From Nemertoderma westbladi (taxonomy: Eukaryota; Animalia; Xenacoelomorpha): a DNA stretch of 33,232 nt. The notes below the pieces were generated by a model, which was not told where the DNA came from, did no database searches, and saw only the letters and a program-made list of their open reading frames with translations. The stretch spans positions 1 to 33,232 of the forward strand of contig JAUCBJ010001664.1 of assembly GCA_032718475.1 (NCBI GenBank), in the 5' to 3' direction. Every line of letters starts with the position of its first letter. Position 1 is the first letter of the stretch. This document shows, piece by piece, positions 31,866-33,232 of this stretch. A program made the translations under genes and the position numbers.

Positions 31866-33232
31866 ATCTGATTGGCCTGAACCTCCACTATAATTAAATA
31901 AAACTGGTCCACACTTTAATTTAGTGGGCCCTTGAGGGCCAATCTCTGTAACAAACTACATGTATAAGCACACTTTAATTTTAAATGCTAGTGCAAGCAA
32001 GTAAATAAGCTACTCAGGATAATTCTACCCAGGAGGCGGCCAATGCCTTTTGTTTAATTAACGATAAAAACAGAAGTAAGTTCAGGATCTACAGATTCAT
32101 AGAGGGATTTATAGCGATTTCAAAAACTTTTGTCACTTTGTATGGGATGATTCTGTAAGGGAAGCTTTGAATGGAAGCAATGGAATATAACATCGAACCA
32201 GTTTATTGTAAGATCCATCATAAAATTTAAAAAAGTTACTAAGTCTTTCTTTCATACTTCTCATATAAAGGGTGGAATTCTTTTTGAATAGATGCTAGAA
32301 CTAGCATTGTTGGAGCATTTACATACCTCTTTACCAGAACATGGAATAATTAAGTGTCAACAGAATCACTGACATATTGCTCTATTCTAAGAGCATTACG
32401 AAATAACAGTGGCGTCACAGCATCACCATGCGCCCCCCTGCAAAATTTGGCCTGCGCCTCCTTACAGTGAATTAAAAATTGAAATTTTAATAAAAGTCTT
32501 CCTGCAACATTTGGCTTATGCATATGCATGCCCCCCCACCCCCCCCCCCCCCCCCCCCCCCCCCGCTTACATTAAAAAGTAAATTAACGTTATGGATTAT
32601 ATTGTGAGCATTATTAAAACTTTTAATAATGTAAAAATGTAAAACTTTAATAAAAGTAAATTTATAAAATACATTTTCCGACAATAAGGCGATAAATAGA
32701 TTATATCTACTGTATAAGAAAATAAGTACTGTAGGCCTATATGTATTTACTTTAGTTAAACAATTTACTGTATGTAGCAAAATATGGTGATAACTAAATA
32801 GGTTTTGCATATTAAATTTAAATAGTTATCCTCATACCATCAGAAATTTTGGGGCCCGACTTTTCCTTGAGGCAAATTAGTCGACCAGCTTGTTGTAATC
32901 CAAGAACTTCGCTTCTTGTGATTCCATTGACAAAATGGACAAGCCGTCAACTCACTCCTGAGTCATGGAAGATCTGAGATAGGACTTTTTAATCTTAAGC
33001 TTGTAAAATGACCTTGCTGCGCTCGCCACTGTCACTGGAATGGACAAAAACAGGAGACAGGCAGTGGTCAGTTCCAGCATAGAAGGTGTGAGTTTTGCAT
33101 TGGAAATCAGCCTAAGCAGATCTAGGATCGTTTTATCTGTCCCAGCTCGCTTCTAAACTCGTTTCTGAAGGACCGTACATCTGGATATTATCCTCAGATA
33201 GATCGTGATTGTAGATCTGTACCAGTTTTTGA
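31866..33232 (+). repeat. Repeat unit copy 3: R block + hAT end, running off the window
   Basis: Near-identical to 4642-~6007. The hAT TIR starts at 32407 after the same CGAAATAA. Confidence 0.95.
32407..33232 (-). mobile_element. Duplicate of the hAT element (TIR and transposase C-terminus), incomplete at the window edge
   Basis: Same TIR, same left flank and same stop codons as 5183-6007. Confidence 0.92.

Overview
AT-rich eukaryotic DNA, probably from an invertebrate animal (inferred from the transposon families). It is made almost entirely of nested, decayed transposable elements, and I see no intact host gene, RNA gene or CRISPR array. In order: an RTE-like LINE RT fragment; a CR1/L2-like ORF1-ORF2 junction; a Sola2-like transposase pseudogene; and a repeated unit in three copies (3673, 4642, 31866) carrying an internally deleted hAT element with an 8-bp TSD. 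Next come an Academ (XPG-type) element with TAG...CTA ends and a TAT TSD, an N-terminal fragment of a HECT/transposon-associated protein, a 5'-truncated Penelope-like element, and a second Sola2-like element with long imperfect inverted ends and palindromic motif arrays. After these are a ~5.3 kb frameshifted HUH-Rep + PIF1 helicase (Helitron-like) gene with non-canonical motifs, short hairpin and minisatellite elements, a BEL/Pao 3' end with PPT and LTR, and an L2 3' fragment. The most interesting candidates are the divergent Rep-helicase lineage and the repeated unit, whose three copies start at exactly the same A|TCTG base and which may be its non-autonomous rolling-circle partner. Family assignments come from motif recognition by eye, not from database searches.
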